Source: Balanoglossus misakiensis (Eukaryota > Animalia > Hemichordata). From it: a DNA stretch of 64,000 nt. Positions 1 through 11,904 of this stretch are shown one piece after another. The position numbers were made by a program, and so were the translations under genes. Positions within the stretch are counted from its first letter, which is position 1; the number at the start of each line of letters is the position of its first letter. The stretch lies in NCBI GenBank assembly GCA_040954595.2, contig CM082582.2, positions 13,056,327 through 13,120,326 on the forward strand, read 5' to 3'. The notes under the pieces are model-generated. The model was given only the letters and a program-made list of their open reading frames with translations. It was not told the origin of the DNA and searched no databases.

Positions 1-795
1 TGGTCACCATTCAAATGTTAACCGTACCATCAGTGGAATTTGGATCCTGTGCTATTTACATGTTGGTCAGCTTTGTCCACGTCTGCATCTTTACTGTCCC
101 TGACAGTCTTTGTCCATGTGACACAATACATGATTTGATAATGGTATTATATTTATTGTACTTTGTTGTCATGGCTACAGTGCTAGTGTTTAAAGGTGCA
201 TTTTCCAGACTCAAGAATCTGACATACAAATCATAAAACTATCACCAAATATAACAAACCAAAATGTTGTGTATCACAGCTGCTGATACACAGTGTGTTT
301 TGTTTCGAGTTTACGGTATTGTGATATGTGAGAAAGAAAACTTTCCCCTATGATAAAAAGATACATTATCTTCATTAGTCTTTATCTTGACATTCGCACG
401 CCAAATACACAATAATTTGTAAAAAAGTAAAAATTAGATTTTACAGTCCTTATTTGACAGCAATTACCAGGAATCAATCGGAACGTTTTTGTAAAGTGAG
501 AAGTTGTAACTCCTTCAAACGCACTTTAAAAAATCACAAATTCTTGTTTTAATTGTATTTATACCTACTTACAATAGCTACCTTTAACTAGACCAAACAA
601 TAAATATTGGCGACATCATAATGAATGTTCTTTTCATAAAATTTGCCTGAAATCAGTGACTCTATGATGGGAAAGACTTGAAATAGTGCCTGCGAACTTT
701 CATCAATCTCATAGACATGATCAGGTGGAGTGTTTATTTGCATTGCGAGGCTGCCAGGAGTAAAGAGATGAGTTAATGTTGGAGGACCAGCAGTC

Positions 796-2646
796 CTATC
801 CTTTAGATGCCCACTTCATATCATCCGATCTCGGCTTTGAACCGGTTACTTTCTCAATCATCCACTCAGCTCCTCGCCAGAAATTGATGAGTTCCAAAGG
901 ATAGTTGAGCCACCCTGTAGTGATGCAGTAGTAGCTTTCATGCGGAGACACATGATGGATTCGGTGATGCTGGCGTGGAAGGATTATATGCCAATCCTGA
1001 AGGAGAGTCACCCATTTCGGCAATCCAAAATAGGTGTGCGACCACTTGTGAAACTGGTTGGTCAAGGTGACGAAGATTACCATGGCAACCAGGAAACAGT
1101 CAAAATTGTATCCTTCTTGCAACTGTTCTGCAGTTTGCGTCATGTACTTGTGCGTCAACCAAACCAACCCAGGTAATGTAGCAGCACAGTTGTCGCCATT
1201 CACTTCAATGAAATCGTGTCGAGTAATCGAGGTCGGGTCAATATGATGTTCCCGGAATGGTCGAATGAAACCCTAATGAAAACAGAACGTGAATATGATT
1301 AGAAAGTCATTGTCAAAGTGGGTTTTCATTAGTGAATACGAGACTTAAGACCACAGAAATCTTTGACTCTTTTTTAAAGTTTTCATAATGGTACCATAAT
1401 AAATTCTCCATATCTTACATATATTTAACTGCACTCAAACATAACTGTACACATATTCTCCACTCATAGAAAAACATTAACTTACAGCACCAACAACAGG
1501 CATGTCAACTGATCCCCAGGTGTCCGCACCCCAATGAACCAATCCAGAGGCAAGGTCAGCTGCCAGGATTCCTAGAACTAAACAGATGTATAATAATGAT
1601 GAGAATAATTTAAAAGCAGCTACATCACAGAGAATCATTCTTATTAAAAACATTATACTTTAGACTAAATAGATTTTGTCATTTTTGTTTCACTTACTTA
1701 TGGCAGGAAATATTGTTCCTATCCTGTCTGGGTGGAAGTTGAGTGCCATTTGACAAAACACATAGATCAATAACACAAGGTAAATAGCCACACATATTAG
1801 CTCTTGGGTTCGTTTACCTGAAAAATATCACAGAACATTGACAAATATGAGATAACAAATAATGATAGTGTACATTTGCACATATAAATAAGTAAATTGT
1901 AATTTATTTAATACGTCATAATGTAATTAATATTTATCTTCCCTTTGTTGACTTGTAAATTCACAATTTTGTATGACATTGACTGTCGCGAGTTGAGTGT
2001 TTCGTGCAATGGAGTGACCGTGTTGCAATGACCCCACCCATTACCATCTCTCAAGGACTGTGTGTTATGTGAAAATTTAATAATATTTTTGAAGAAAGGT
2101 TGCATTATTATGTCACTGATGACAACAATGCTCCAGATGACTAAGGTTTGCAAAATGCCCCCCCCCCCCCCCCTCCCTCGAAGCCCGTGGATATGATGGA
2201 GCTGGAATTTGACAGCTGTATGTAGGTTGCACTTGCCCGTATCATATCACAGTGTTCTAAAACAGTGTTCAATGCCATTTGACAGTAGAGTATACATCAG
2301 CGACTGCGTCTTCAAAACGATCGCCTCGCAATGGAAAATTAAATTTCACACAAAACGGAAACACGCGATTCTCTTTTTGGTTTTAACTTAGGACCTGTTA
2401 CACAAGCTGTGTGTACTGTTCATATGTAACCAACAGGGTTCAAACTAGGTCACGTCTCTCACGCAGTGCACAAGAGCGAATGTTCCCCACAAACTTACCT
2501 CTCGAATACAGTCCAGCTAGTTCCTTAGCTCCTGTGTGACTGGGACCCCATCTCAGCTTGCCTGTAGACGATCCATTTTCTTGATTGGCATTTGGATCGT
2601 CCTCACTCATCGCCTTACTTCTTTGCTTCACGACCGGCTCCGCCAT
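796..2646 (-). CDS. PEDS1: Plasmanylethanolamine desaturase 1 (TMEM189/Kua), 4 exons, 278 aa
   Basis: Exons 2499-2646, 1698-1817, 1486-1577, 796-1272, all GT-AG with consistent phases. Histidine motifs [33 protein letters not shown] and [20 protein letters not shown] are diagnostic of TMEM189. Confidence 0.95.
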
Positions 2647-3105
2647 TTTCGCATGCAATATCGCCTGATGTTAACTTTTATGCGCGCGCATATCGCTGAT
2701 GTAATGAAACAACACGGACGTCAAAAAGTATTAGTCTGGGTTATTCGGCTACGCGAAGCATATATTTTGTCAGAAAAAATAAAACTTATATTTTTTCCGC
2801 CAATAATAAAGAAATATACGCGACAAAAATAAAATAGCTTATCTTTGACCGTGTTGCGATGCAAGCGTCAGTGTTTTGTTGGTCGTGATGATTGGCCAGT
2901 GCAACCAATTTCTATTAATAAGAGCCAATTGAAATGCCTGTAAGTACAGATGTCATTATGTTACCTTTGACCTCACAGCTGGTACACTTACAAATCACAC
3001 ACGTGTTTATATACTAGTACGTGCACGAGGGCACTGCGTCCTTTGTTTAAAACACACATGCAACTTCTAAAAGGGGAAAACTTACTATTATCTTCTTGAT
3101 ATAAG
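2647..3105. promoter_or_regulatory. Putative bidirectional promoter between PEDS1 and MTG2
   Basis: Head-to-head start codons ~460 bp apart. Contains NRF1-like TGCGCGCGCA (2681-2690) and CCAAT/ATTGG boxes (~2891, 2905, 2925). A YY1-like AAAATGGCGG overlaps the PEDS1 ATG. A possible short 5'UTR intron for MTG2 lies at 2940-2978. Confidence 0.6.
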
Positions 3106-5096
3106 ATGAATTCAAAGGTGGTGAAACTTTTTGTACAGAAAGGAAGTTGTTTTTCATTACTTATTACAAGACTCAGGATTAATGCAACTTCTATAATTTC
3201 TCAATATTCCACGAAAAGGAGAAAGGGAAAAAGAAAACTGACAGAAAAACAGTTGGTATGTAGGACAGTCAGTTTACCCCCATGGATCTGTAAAGATAAT
3301 TTATTTTAAATCTATTAAAAGTGGTGAAAGGTGATCTTGGAATATTGTAAGGCAATATTGGTTGCCATGGCAACATAGAGTGAAATGAAACTTGAAATCT
3401 GTCATGAATTATCTGACTGCTGTTACAATTACAGAATAGCCAGAGAAATTGATAGAATATGTGTTTTATTCTTTTCAATTCAACAGAGTAGACATTACAT
3501 TGACTGGCGCCATGTCCAGATAACGGGTGGCCGAGGTGGAGATGGATGTATTTCAATGTTCCGATCGACACGGAGTGAGTTTGGCTCACCAGATGGAGGA
3601 AATGGTGGACATGGAGGTCATGTGATTTTCAAAGGTATTTTCAGAGGTGTCACAGATCAATCATAATTGTCTCTTTGTTTTTAAATGTTTTGTTACTTGG
3701 ATTTCATCAGCTGGAGTCAACTTCAAATGAGAGTGCTGGAGGTGAATATTTTATTCTTTTCCTCACAGCCCAAAAGAAGCTAATATCCCTGGAATCACTC
3801 AAGCATCAATACATTGGTGAGGAAGGTGGCAAAGGAGGTAAACAGAACTGTGATGGCAAGAATGCCAAACATACGATTGTCAAAGTAAGTGATGTGATAA
3901 AACTGATGTACCAGTGCATTGTGAAGATGGTAACACAAGTTTTCATGAGATAAGAGTTGTCCTCATTGACAAAGTATTGTTTTGCATTCAATGAAGTTCT
4001 TTTGTTTTCATCTAGGTTCCTGTTGGAACTCTTGTCAAAGAAGATGATAATGTACTGGCGGATTTAAAGAGGGAAGGTGACCAGGTGCGAACATCTAAAC
4101 ACTAAACTTATGACAGATTTTACTTTCTTATTTTCATATGTAGCTGGTATGAAGTTTGCTGGTACCATCACTTTACCTCTAAATGTATATTTTTACCCAC
4201 AGTTCATAGCAGCTCGTGGAGGAATGAGTGGTAAAGGAAATGCTTTCTTTGTATCCAATGACAACCGATCACCAGTACTTGCTACAAAAGGATCAGCTGG
4301 TCAGGAAAGGTCTTTGGATGTTGAACTTCGAATAATGGCTCATACAGGACTGGTGAGTTTGAAGTAGCAGTGGGTCAAAAATTACAACACTTTTGAGAAT
4401 ATATCTACATGTATTTTCAACTGTCAAACTACCATGAATGATACTCTGTCACACTTTCATTAGTTGACCTCACTGATTTCTTTCAGATCGGATTTCCCAA
4501 TGCAGGAAAATCTTCCTTGTTGAGGTCATTATCCAGAGCCAGGCCGGCAGTGGCTGCTTATCCATTTACAACACTCAATCCTCATGTTGGGATTGTAGAG
4601 TATGAAGATTTGGAACAAATAGCAGGTACAGGATACAGTGTGGGAATACAGTGTTCCTTAATGTTATCTGTCTGTGTCTATCGTTACAGCTATTGATTTC
4701 TTCCATTTTTCAGTTGCAGATATTCCCGGTCTGATTCGAGGTGCTCACATGAATCGTGGACTTGGCCATTCCTTCCTGAGACACATACAACGATGCCAGT
4801 GTCTGCTCTATGTGATAGATTTATCAGGTGAAGAGCCATGGACTCAGCTCTCTGATTTGAAGTTTGAACTCGAACAGTATCAAAAAGGTCTATCAGAGAG
4901 ACCGCATGCAATACTCGGAAACAAGATTGATCTGCAAGACGCTAGTGACAATTTTCAAAGACTCGTGGAGCATGTGAAGATGCCAGTGATACCCATCTCG
5001 GCACAATATGGAACAAATATTTCTGAATTGAAGGAAGAACTGAGGAAAATGTATGATGCTAACACTGCAGGTGAAATTGATGAAGCTGAAAATTAA
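3106..5096 (+). CDS. MTG2: Mitochondrial ribosome-associated GTPase 2 (Obg family, GTPBP5), 7 exons, ~384 aa
   Basis: Exons 3106-3255, 3487-3634, 3769-3884, 4016-4084, 4203-4352, 4487-4625, 4714-5096. Gly-rich Obg fold ([17 protein letters not shown]), G1 [10 protein letters not shown]2 YPFTT, G3 DIPG, G4 NKID. Basic, presequence-like N-terminus. Confidence 0.92.
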
Positions 5097-5750
5097 AACA
5101 ACAATGATTAAACCCGTCTGTGAAGTTGTTTCTCAGGAGCTATTACATGTACCAGCACTCATCAGGCCCTGAGAAAAAAGGGCATTCACAAAGTTCTCTG
5201 CATCAACTTTTATTAGAAAACTTTGGAGGAAATATATCTGCAACATGATGCAGTGCTACATGTACAACAAAGAATCTGAGTATGAAAGTGAAAACATCTA
5301 CTGACCCACAGCAAATGAGTAAATGCATTATTTCTCCACAAATGATTTTAGAGCTGTCTGTTGATAACTGCTGGCTAAAATGCACTAAATGCTGTTTATA
5401 CCCTGTTTTATATCATTCATTTGCGTATGTACTGTTGTATGTACAATAAAGTAATCATATTATTGTTAAACAATCTGAACGGAATTCCTAACTTGCATGA
5501 TTGACAATTGGTGATTCTCAAAACTACTGGTGTATTCTCCATCAAGCTGGTAATGGCACCTGAATCATATTCCAAGACTTGAATGATATTTCTGGAGGGA
5601 ATGTAAAAGTATTGGGCTATGTGAGCAACTGTACAAAATGTAGAGACCTCAAAACTTTGCAAGTAAAACCAAGTACATGTACCTTGGAGTCATAATGTAC
5701 GTAAGTGATGAGAAGATTCATGATTGTCCATCTGAAAAGCCTCAGACCGA

Positions 5751-8700
5751 CTACTTGAAGTGAAATTTCATTTTCACCAGGTATCTCATTTTCACCTGAC
5801 TTGTATCATAAACAATGAACTCATTGTAATTGAGAGTATATCCTTTAGGATTGGTTATCCCTGTGTTCATGCCTTTACCAAGCGGAACTATGGTACCATC
5901 AGCCCTACAAGATACAAGTAATGAAACATGTTTGTGAATTAACAGATGAAACCTGCTATTCGAATATTACTTTATGTGTAGATGAAGAAAGGCAAAATTC
6001 AATCCTGCACTAAGGCATTTTTTCACTTGTGTTATCTCTCTCAGAGGAGATGTAAAAAAGATAGACAGGAAGAACCACTTACATAGTATGATTACAGCTT
6101 GGATCCGGTGCAATTCGTCCCAATCCTTTGACGCTGTGTTTACCACTAGGTAATTTGTCAGCCTTGTAGTCTGCGTTCAGTAACTCATTACATGTTCCCA
6201 ATGAAACCTACAAAACAAACAACATGTGAGATCTTCTTGGTGAAACAAATCAAATCAATAATGGTGTTATGTATGAAGTGTTTTGTTTTTATCAAACTTT
6301 ACCACAGTTGGAAAAAGTCAAACCTTATTATCATGAAATGTCTAAGAAAAATTGTGAAATATCTTACCTCACTGAGAAGACACAGGCCAATATTTCTGGA
6401 CTTTGTGGCAAAGCAATAATTTGCCGATTTTGATGACATGTCAGCAAAGTACACACCTTTCCCAAACTGTAAACGAAACACAAACATTCATCAATTCAGA
6501 ATCTGGTCTGAGACTGAGTTTATCTAGTCTCATGCTGGCAAGTGAAGATCTGAAGAAACTAATGCAACGTCTAAGAACTTACCATGTAACCTGTGACAGG
6601 AGCTTCAGGCGGAGCAATACGCAGACCTTTACTGAGAATTCCCATGTAATTACTGAGACGTGATCCGTGCCAAAGTAACATTCTGAAGAGAAAGTAATGT
6701 CAGAATTTGTAACATGAGCACATGGTGTTAGCTATAGCATGGTTTGGTCAGTTGTACAAAAACAAGTCTTAGTCAGACTTACCTGTTCCCATAATCTTTG
6801 AAGTTTTCTTTCTCTTTTTCTTTTTCGGTGACAAAAACATCTTCAACTTCCATTCTGTACTGATTGTGTGTAATTGCATGTGTATTCTTCACATAGTCAC
6901 AAATCAACTGTAAGAATAAATTAAATTTATGACACTGAGCTAATTCTTAGATTGATTTTGACACTATGAAGATCTCCTGTATTGGTAACAAAGCACATTT
7001 TAATAGATATTAAAATATACTGTTATACAGAATTTACGGACCTTGAACTCTGGATCTGTTTTTTCCATTGCTGTCAATTTGCATTTCATTGCATTGTAAT
7101 GTCTGTCAATTGGATTTTCGATTTCACCCGTCTCAGATTTCAGGATATTCATTGCAATCTGGATGTCACCCAAAGCCTGCAGGAAAATGAAAACAAGATA
7201 CAGTCAAATCAAACTTATGCATAAAAACATCTTAGAGGAAAAAAATAGCAGATGTACTTATCAATATAAACAATATTTGAAATTGAGTACCTACCTCTAA
7301 GAGATCAATTTCTCTCTGCAAATCTTCCTCTGTACAGATCACTGGAGGTCGTTTCATCCTGAAGACAGAAAAGTGAAGGAGATTAGTAAATGAACTACAT
7401 GTATCAACAGCAGTTTCACTTACCAAAAGTCATGTGATATAAACCTAGGCTAGTCATGTGACAATCATGTGACAAAACTTACCCAAAATCATGTGGTATC
7501 CTAGTGTAGTAAGCATCACATGCCTGGATCAGTCTGTTGCCAATGATGTTATTCTTGATACAATGTTCAATTTCTTTCAAAGCGGTCAATCCAGCCGTGA
7601 TCTGATCATCTGTCAGTTTACCCAAGGGAGCTTTTTTCGCATCGTACTTCATCTCAATCACCGTGTCTTCCATAGCTTTCACATTGCAGATCATTTCAAT
7701 CAGAACCTGTAATGTAGAATTTTTTGCGTTGAATAAATGGAAATCGAACTTATAGCCCTTCTTTGGAACACACTGCTGACAAAGTCATTAAAAATCATCA
7801 AATGATGAGAATCGGATACCTGAATGCGTTTATCCAGCTTGGATTCTGGTTTGGGGGCGTCAGTCTTCTTATCCTTTGGTTTGGAGTCAATCTCTGTTTC
7901 ATCTACCTACAATACAAATCATTTATCAAACTACATGTAAACATTCCTCGCTCAGTCATTTGCTACTTGTTATAATCCTCATGAGTAGACAGACAAGTAT
8001 GTCTTAAATATTTCACAGACAGGAATAGCCATCCCTGATCTTACCTTTGCTGTATAATCCATTTCCACAATGTCATATTTGCCTTTTACTTTTGAAAAGG
8101 AGCGTCTGTCGGCCCAGTCATTCAATGTTTTGTCACGGAACTTCTTCATGAATATCTGTTTGGCTTGATCCAGGTTGGAGCCGCATGCAACCAGGTTATT
8201 CTGCCCTGCTTTACCGACTGCAACAGAAACACAGATTATAGTTACCGTTGTAGACAGCCAGTTGATGCATGGGAGTTCAAAGATATAAAGAAAAAAGAAT
8301 ATCAACCACCATTTTTGTGTGGGTGCTCTGTTGGAAAACTTACCTCGTCCCCACCTCTGCCACACACTGTACAGATTCTTCCCATCATCCTCCAGCAGCT
8401 GAATGATGTAGTACTTGTTATTGTTATTCATCAGATTTGTCTGTGAACAGAAATTGTTGGTAATCATTACAATATATCATTGTCCAGTTATCTTTTGAAG
8501 GTCAGATCTTGCACTGCTGTAAGTGTTCTTAAGCGTTGCGCTTGGTCCTTCTTGTGAAATGATTTACAGATTACTTAAAACCATACCTGATTGAGCATGA
8601 CATCATAGATGTCATTGCCTTCCCAAAACACATGAGCTTTTCCAACTTTGCTGAGACATTCTGAATCAACAGGAGCCTTGCCTGTCATCACCACTGTCTT

Positions 8701-10003
8701 GATCTCTGTCAATACATACACATACTGGTCAGTCACTATGACACAACAACTACATCTCAGACATTTTCAATACATTATCTTTGACCAACAACTTCTGAAT
8801 TATTGCACTAATACAATTTGAAATAGCACCAGGCATTTTGTTACGACCTAGCTACACCTACTTGCTTCTGATTTTGAAGTTGATGGTTTGACATCATCAC
8901 CACTACCATCAACCTTTTCTTCTTTGACCTTAACCTTTGACTTTTGACTTTTCTTGGCAGCAGACTTCTCTGCACTAGTTGATTCAACATCATTGGATTC
9001 TGTGGTTTTAGATTTCGGGGCAGCTGCTGGTGGTTTGTGATCTGAGACGAGAAATGAACAAAAGTCTTTGAAAGTCATCAATACATGACACAATCAAAAT
9101 TTAAAAGAATAGAAAAACTGACCAAAACTCGCAAATATCACAAATGATGACTAAACTTCTACACTTACCAACTTTAAGTCTTTCCACAGTCCTTGTTACC
9201 TTGGTAACATCATTTATCTGATCCATCTTCTTTAAATCTACTGTGTATGATCTTTGAAATGCAACAATACCAACACTGTCCTCCCCTGCTTGGTATGCCG
9301 TTTCTATGGTGATGGTATCATTGGCAGCATAAGGGTTCCACCTGTTCTTCTCATCCTGCCACTGCCAGATGTAAACTGCAAAGATGCAAATTAGCACAGG
9401 AATGTGAGACTGGCTGGTTTGCTATTTATATCTCAATCTGACAGGGAAAAGCGAGTTTGCCAAGTGTTTCCCAAGTTTACAAATGTACTTACAATCACTT
9501 CCATCTTTGACAAGACATCTGAGTCGCCTTTCCCATCCAGTCTTAGAGTTCTTCTGAACCATCTTATCAAGCAAGATATTAAACTTCACTTTGTTAATGG
9601 TCACTTCAACTTTCATGACATCGTTGTCATAATTATCATTTATTTCCTGGAGGATGTCTTCGCTGAAAGCAATCCACGCGTCCCCATCTCCTTCCCATTC
9701 CCATGACAACGATAGGCTTGTCTTTGGTTTCTTAGCAACGGGTGCAGCTGATGTTGCAGCTGAGCTTCCGGTTGCTGAAACGAAAGTAGATTTTATCTCT
9801 CAGAAGTGAATACAGATGCTTTCTCGATATGCAAATATTAAAAACTGTACACAATCACATTTAGTTTAATTAAGGTCACGACGAGGTCACCGCCGCCCCG
9901 TAACGTAACGGGACGTGTCAAAATGGTGCATGTTTACTGAACGCTCGCCCTGAAAATCCGTGAACATAGCATTATTACCTGCTTTCCTGCGTCGTGGCGG
10001 CAT
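5751..10003 (-). CDS. PARP2: Poly(ADP-ribose) polymerase 2-like: 2x WWE + WGR + regulatory + catalytic domain, 16 exons, ~731 aa
   Basis: Exons 9979-10003, 9493-9774, 9169-9375, 8862-9041, 8587-8705, 8344-8440, 8045-8217, 7820-7906, 7483-7706, 7295-7358, 7042-7176, 6783-6907, 6583-6682, 6368-6466, 6083-6207, 5751-5904. Motifs: [39 protein letters not shown] (WGR); [17 protein letters not shown]; [32 protein letters not shown] (H-Y-E triad intact). Confidence 0.92.
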
Positions 10004-10790
10004 GCTCGTCGTTCGACAGTCAGAATGGCTATGTCAGCTCTTTGACAGGTCCAGGCTATTTAAAGACAACGCGACCACAACAACAGAGCGAGTTGTAACT
10101 TGCCTGCCCAGCTGATCAGTGATTCATACCCGCCAAACATGCGTCAGCTGAATTACGTGACGTCATCAGATATTGTCAACTATGACGTTTCTGCGTAGTG
10201 CTTCTAAAGTTGCCGTTTACATATCTACACAGTAGTCGCATATATCATGTATATTAAAGTGTGAAAACCTTTATTCAAATATAGAACAGATCAACATAAG
10301 GCCAAAAAACTACTGGTATAACTCGTAGTATTGGTTTTCACATCCGTATACCATACAGCGCCCTCTACAGACTACTACAATTTTCCAAGATCATGATACA
10401 TGTACAATCCTTGCCTTTTCAACATAATACAAAACGAGTTTTGGTGTTCACATGTAAGATTGCTCTTGTAGGGACGAAAAAAATCAGTTCTTACAATCTT
10501 TAACTTCTCTTTAAAAAAATCCTCAAAGAACTACACAGAGATGAACAAAATTAAAAGATAGAAAATGTGGAGTTTATACAACTTTATCAAACAACTTTAC
10601 TGAAGGATAATGAAACTTTGTATTTCTAGTTTCCGCTAAAAGAATGGGACTTTAATAGGCACAATCACCAGTTATTACCATCACAATAAATAATGTATGA
10701 TGTAAAAACATTTCTCTTGTCTCTTCATCTCAAATATGACAAACAACTGTATATGGCAGTTTTAGTGCAGTCCTTGTTTCCAATCTTACT

Positions 10791-11904
10791 TCAAACTTCA
10801 GGTCCTTCACTTCCTGGGATCAACTGCAACAGAAAAAAAGATGACTTTACTTTTGTCTGGGTTTTGTGTCTAAATTTCAAGCAGTTTACAAAATACATTG
10901 TATAACAAGATTAGGGAAATTATTTCATGGCAACAAATATATATATCAACTCTCACCATTGTTATGTTGTTACCATTCAGCAAGATCTGATCTAGTTTGG
11001 TCACACGTCTTCCTTCTGGTGTCAATTCACTGGAAATAGTTTGAAAGAACATTGGTTAGAAACTTCCATTGATCAACAGCATCTCTCATTATTGCAAACA
11101 TACAGAATAAATCAATATGCAATCATGCCCATCAAACAAAAAAGGGCTCTTGGAGACTTATCAAGTGACAGAAGGAAAACAATATATCATATCTACTTAC
11201 AATTCTACAACATCTTCTAATACCATGTCTGATAGGATATAGTTAAGAATCACATTTGTGCAAATAACATCATCTTCACACACACCACCCTCATTTCTCT
11301 TCTACAAGTGGGTACAACCATTCCAGTTGGCAGGGCAACCCATCGCACACACCCCTTTCAAGATAACCTGCCATTATTACAAGGATACTAACAAAGTCAT
11401 CAAAACCAAGCAGTGTTCCAACAATTTCTTTGTCGCTTTTCATGACGATATGTATTCTGCTTCCTATACATTTGTCCACTAATTCTGAAAGTGAAAGAAA
11501 GAAAGAAAATAGGTAAACCACACAAAAACACACGTACACAGCATGATATATGGTATAGACCAAGACAGCTGCGTACAGCATGTTCAGGTCTGTGTGTTCG
11601 CGGCGTTATACGGCCTCCACCACGGAAGGCCGTGTATGTAACGCCTGGATGGAACACACACACATGACAGACGTGTTACACAGGGCTAGCAATGCGACCC
11701 ACTAGTACACGTGCCTTTGTTGTCAGTTTCATTTACAATAGTATTGCAAGTAAAAAATCAGCAAAAAAGGTCACTACTTGTCAACAAACCGCACAAACAC
11801 CGTGCACTGGAGATATGATACAGTTTGGAGTCATAGCTTTTGAATCTTTACTTACCCAGCGGCAAAAGTTGAGACGGATTCGTATCACCCGCACCTGCCG
11901 CCAT
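10791..11904 (-). CDS. LSM5: U6 snRNA-associated Sm-like protein LSm5, 5 exons, 92 aa
   Basis: Exons 11856-11904, 11389-11484, 11201-11228, 10957-11029, 10791-10823. Protein: [47 protein letters not shown]...TKLDQILLNGNNITMLIPGSEGPEV. Confidence 0.97.
11229..11388 (-). other. U12-type (minor spliceosome) GT-AG intron in LSM5
   Basis: 5' splice site GTATCCTT. Branch site TTCTTAAC (11242-11249) lies about 12 nt from the 3' AG, and there is no long polypyrimidine tract. Confidence 0.92.

Noticed and set aside
15-236. 73-aa hydrophobic plus-strand ORF at the window start
   Set aside because: No recognisable motif or splice context; it probably lies in or near 3'UTR sequence.
2188-2252. GTTGCACTTGCCCG resembling mature miR-92, within a weak hairpin
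   Set aside because: The seed is mismatched, the miR-like part is not paired as in a pre-miRNA, and it is antisense to the host gene.
8862-8868. Possible GC-AG donor (GAA|GCAAGT) in PARP2
   Set aside because: The canonical donor A|GTAGGT 4 nt further on gives the correct phase with the CAG acceptor.
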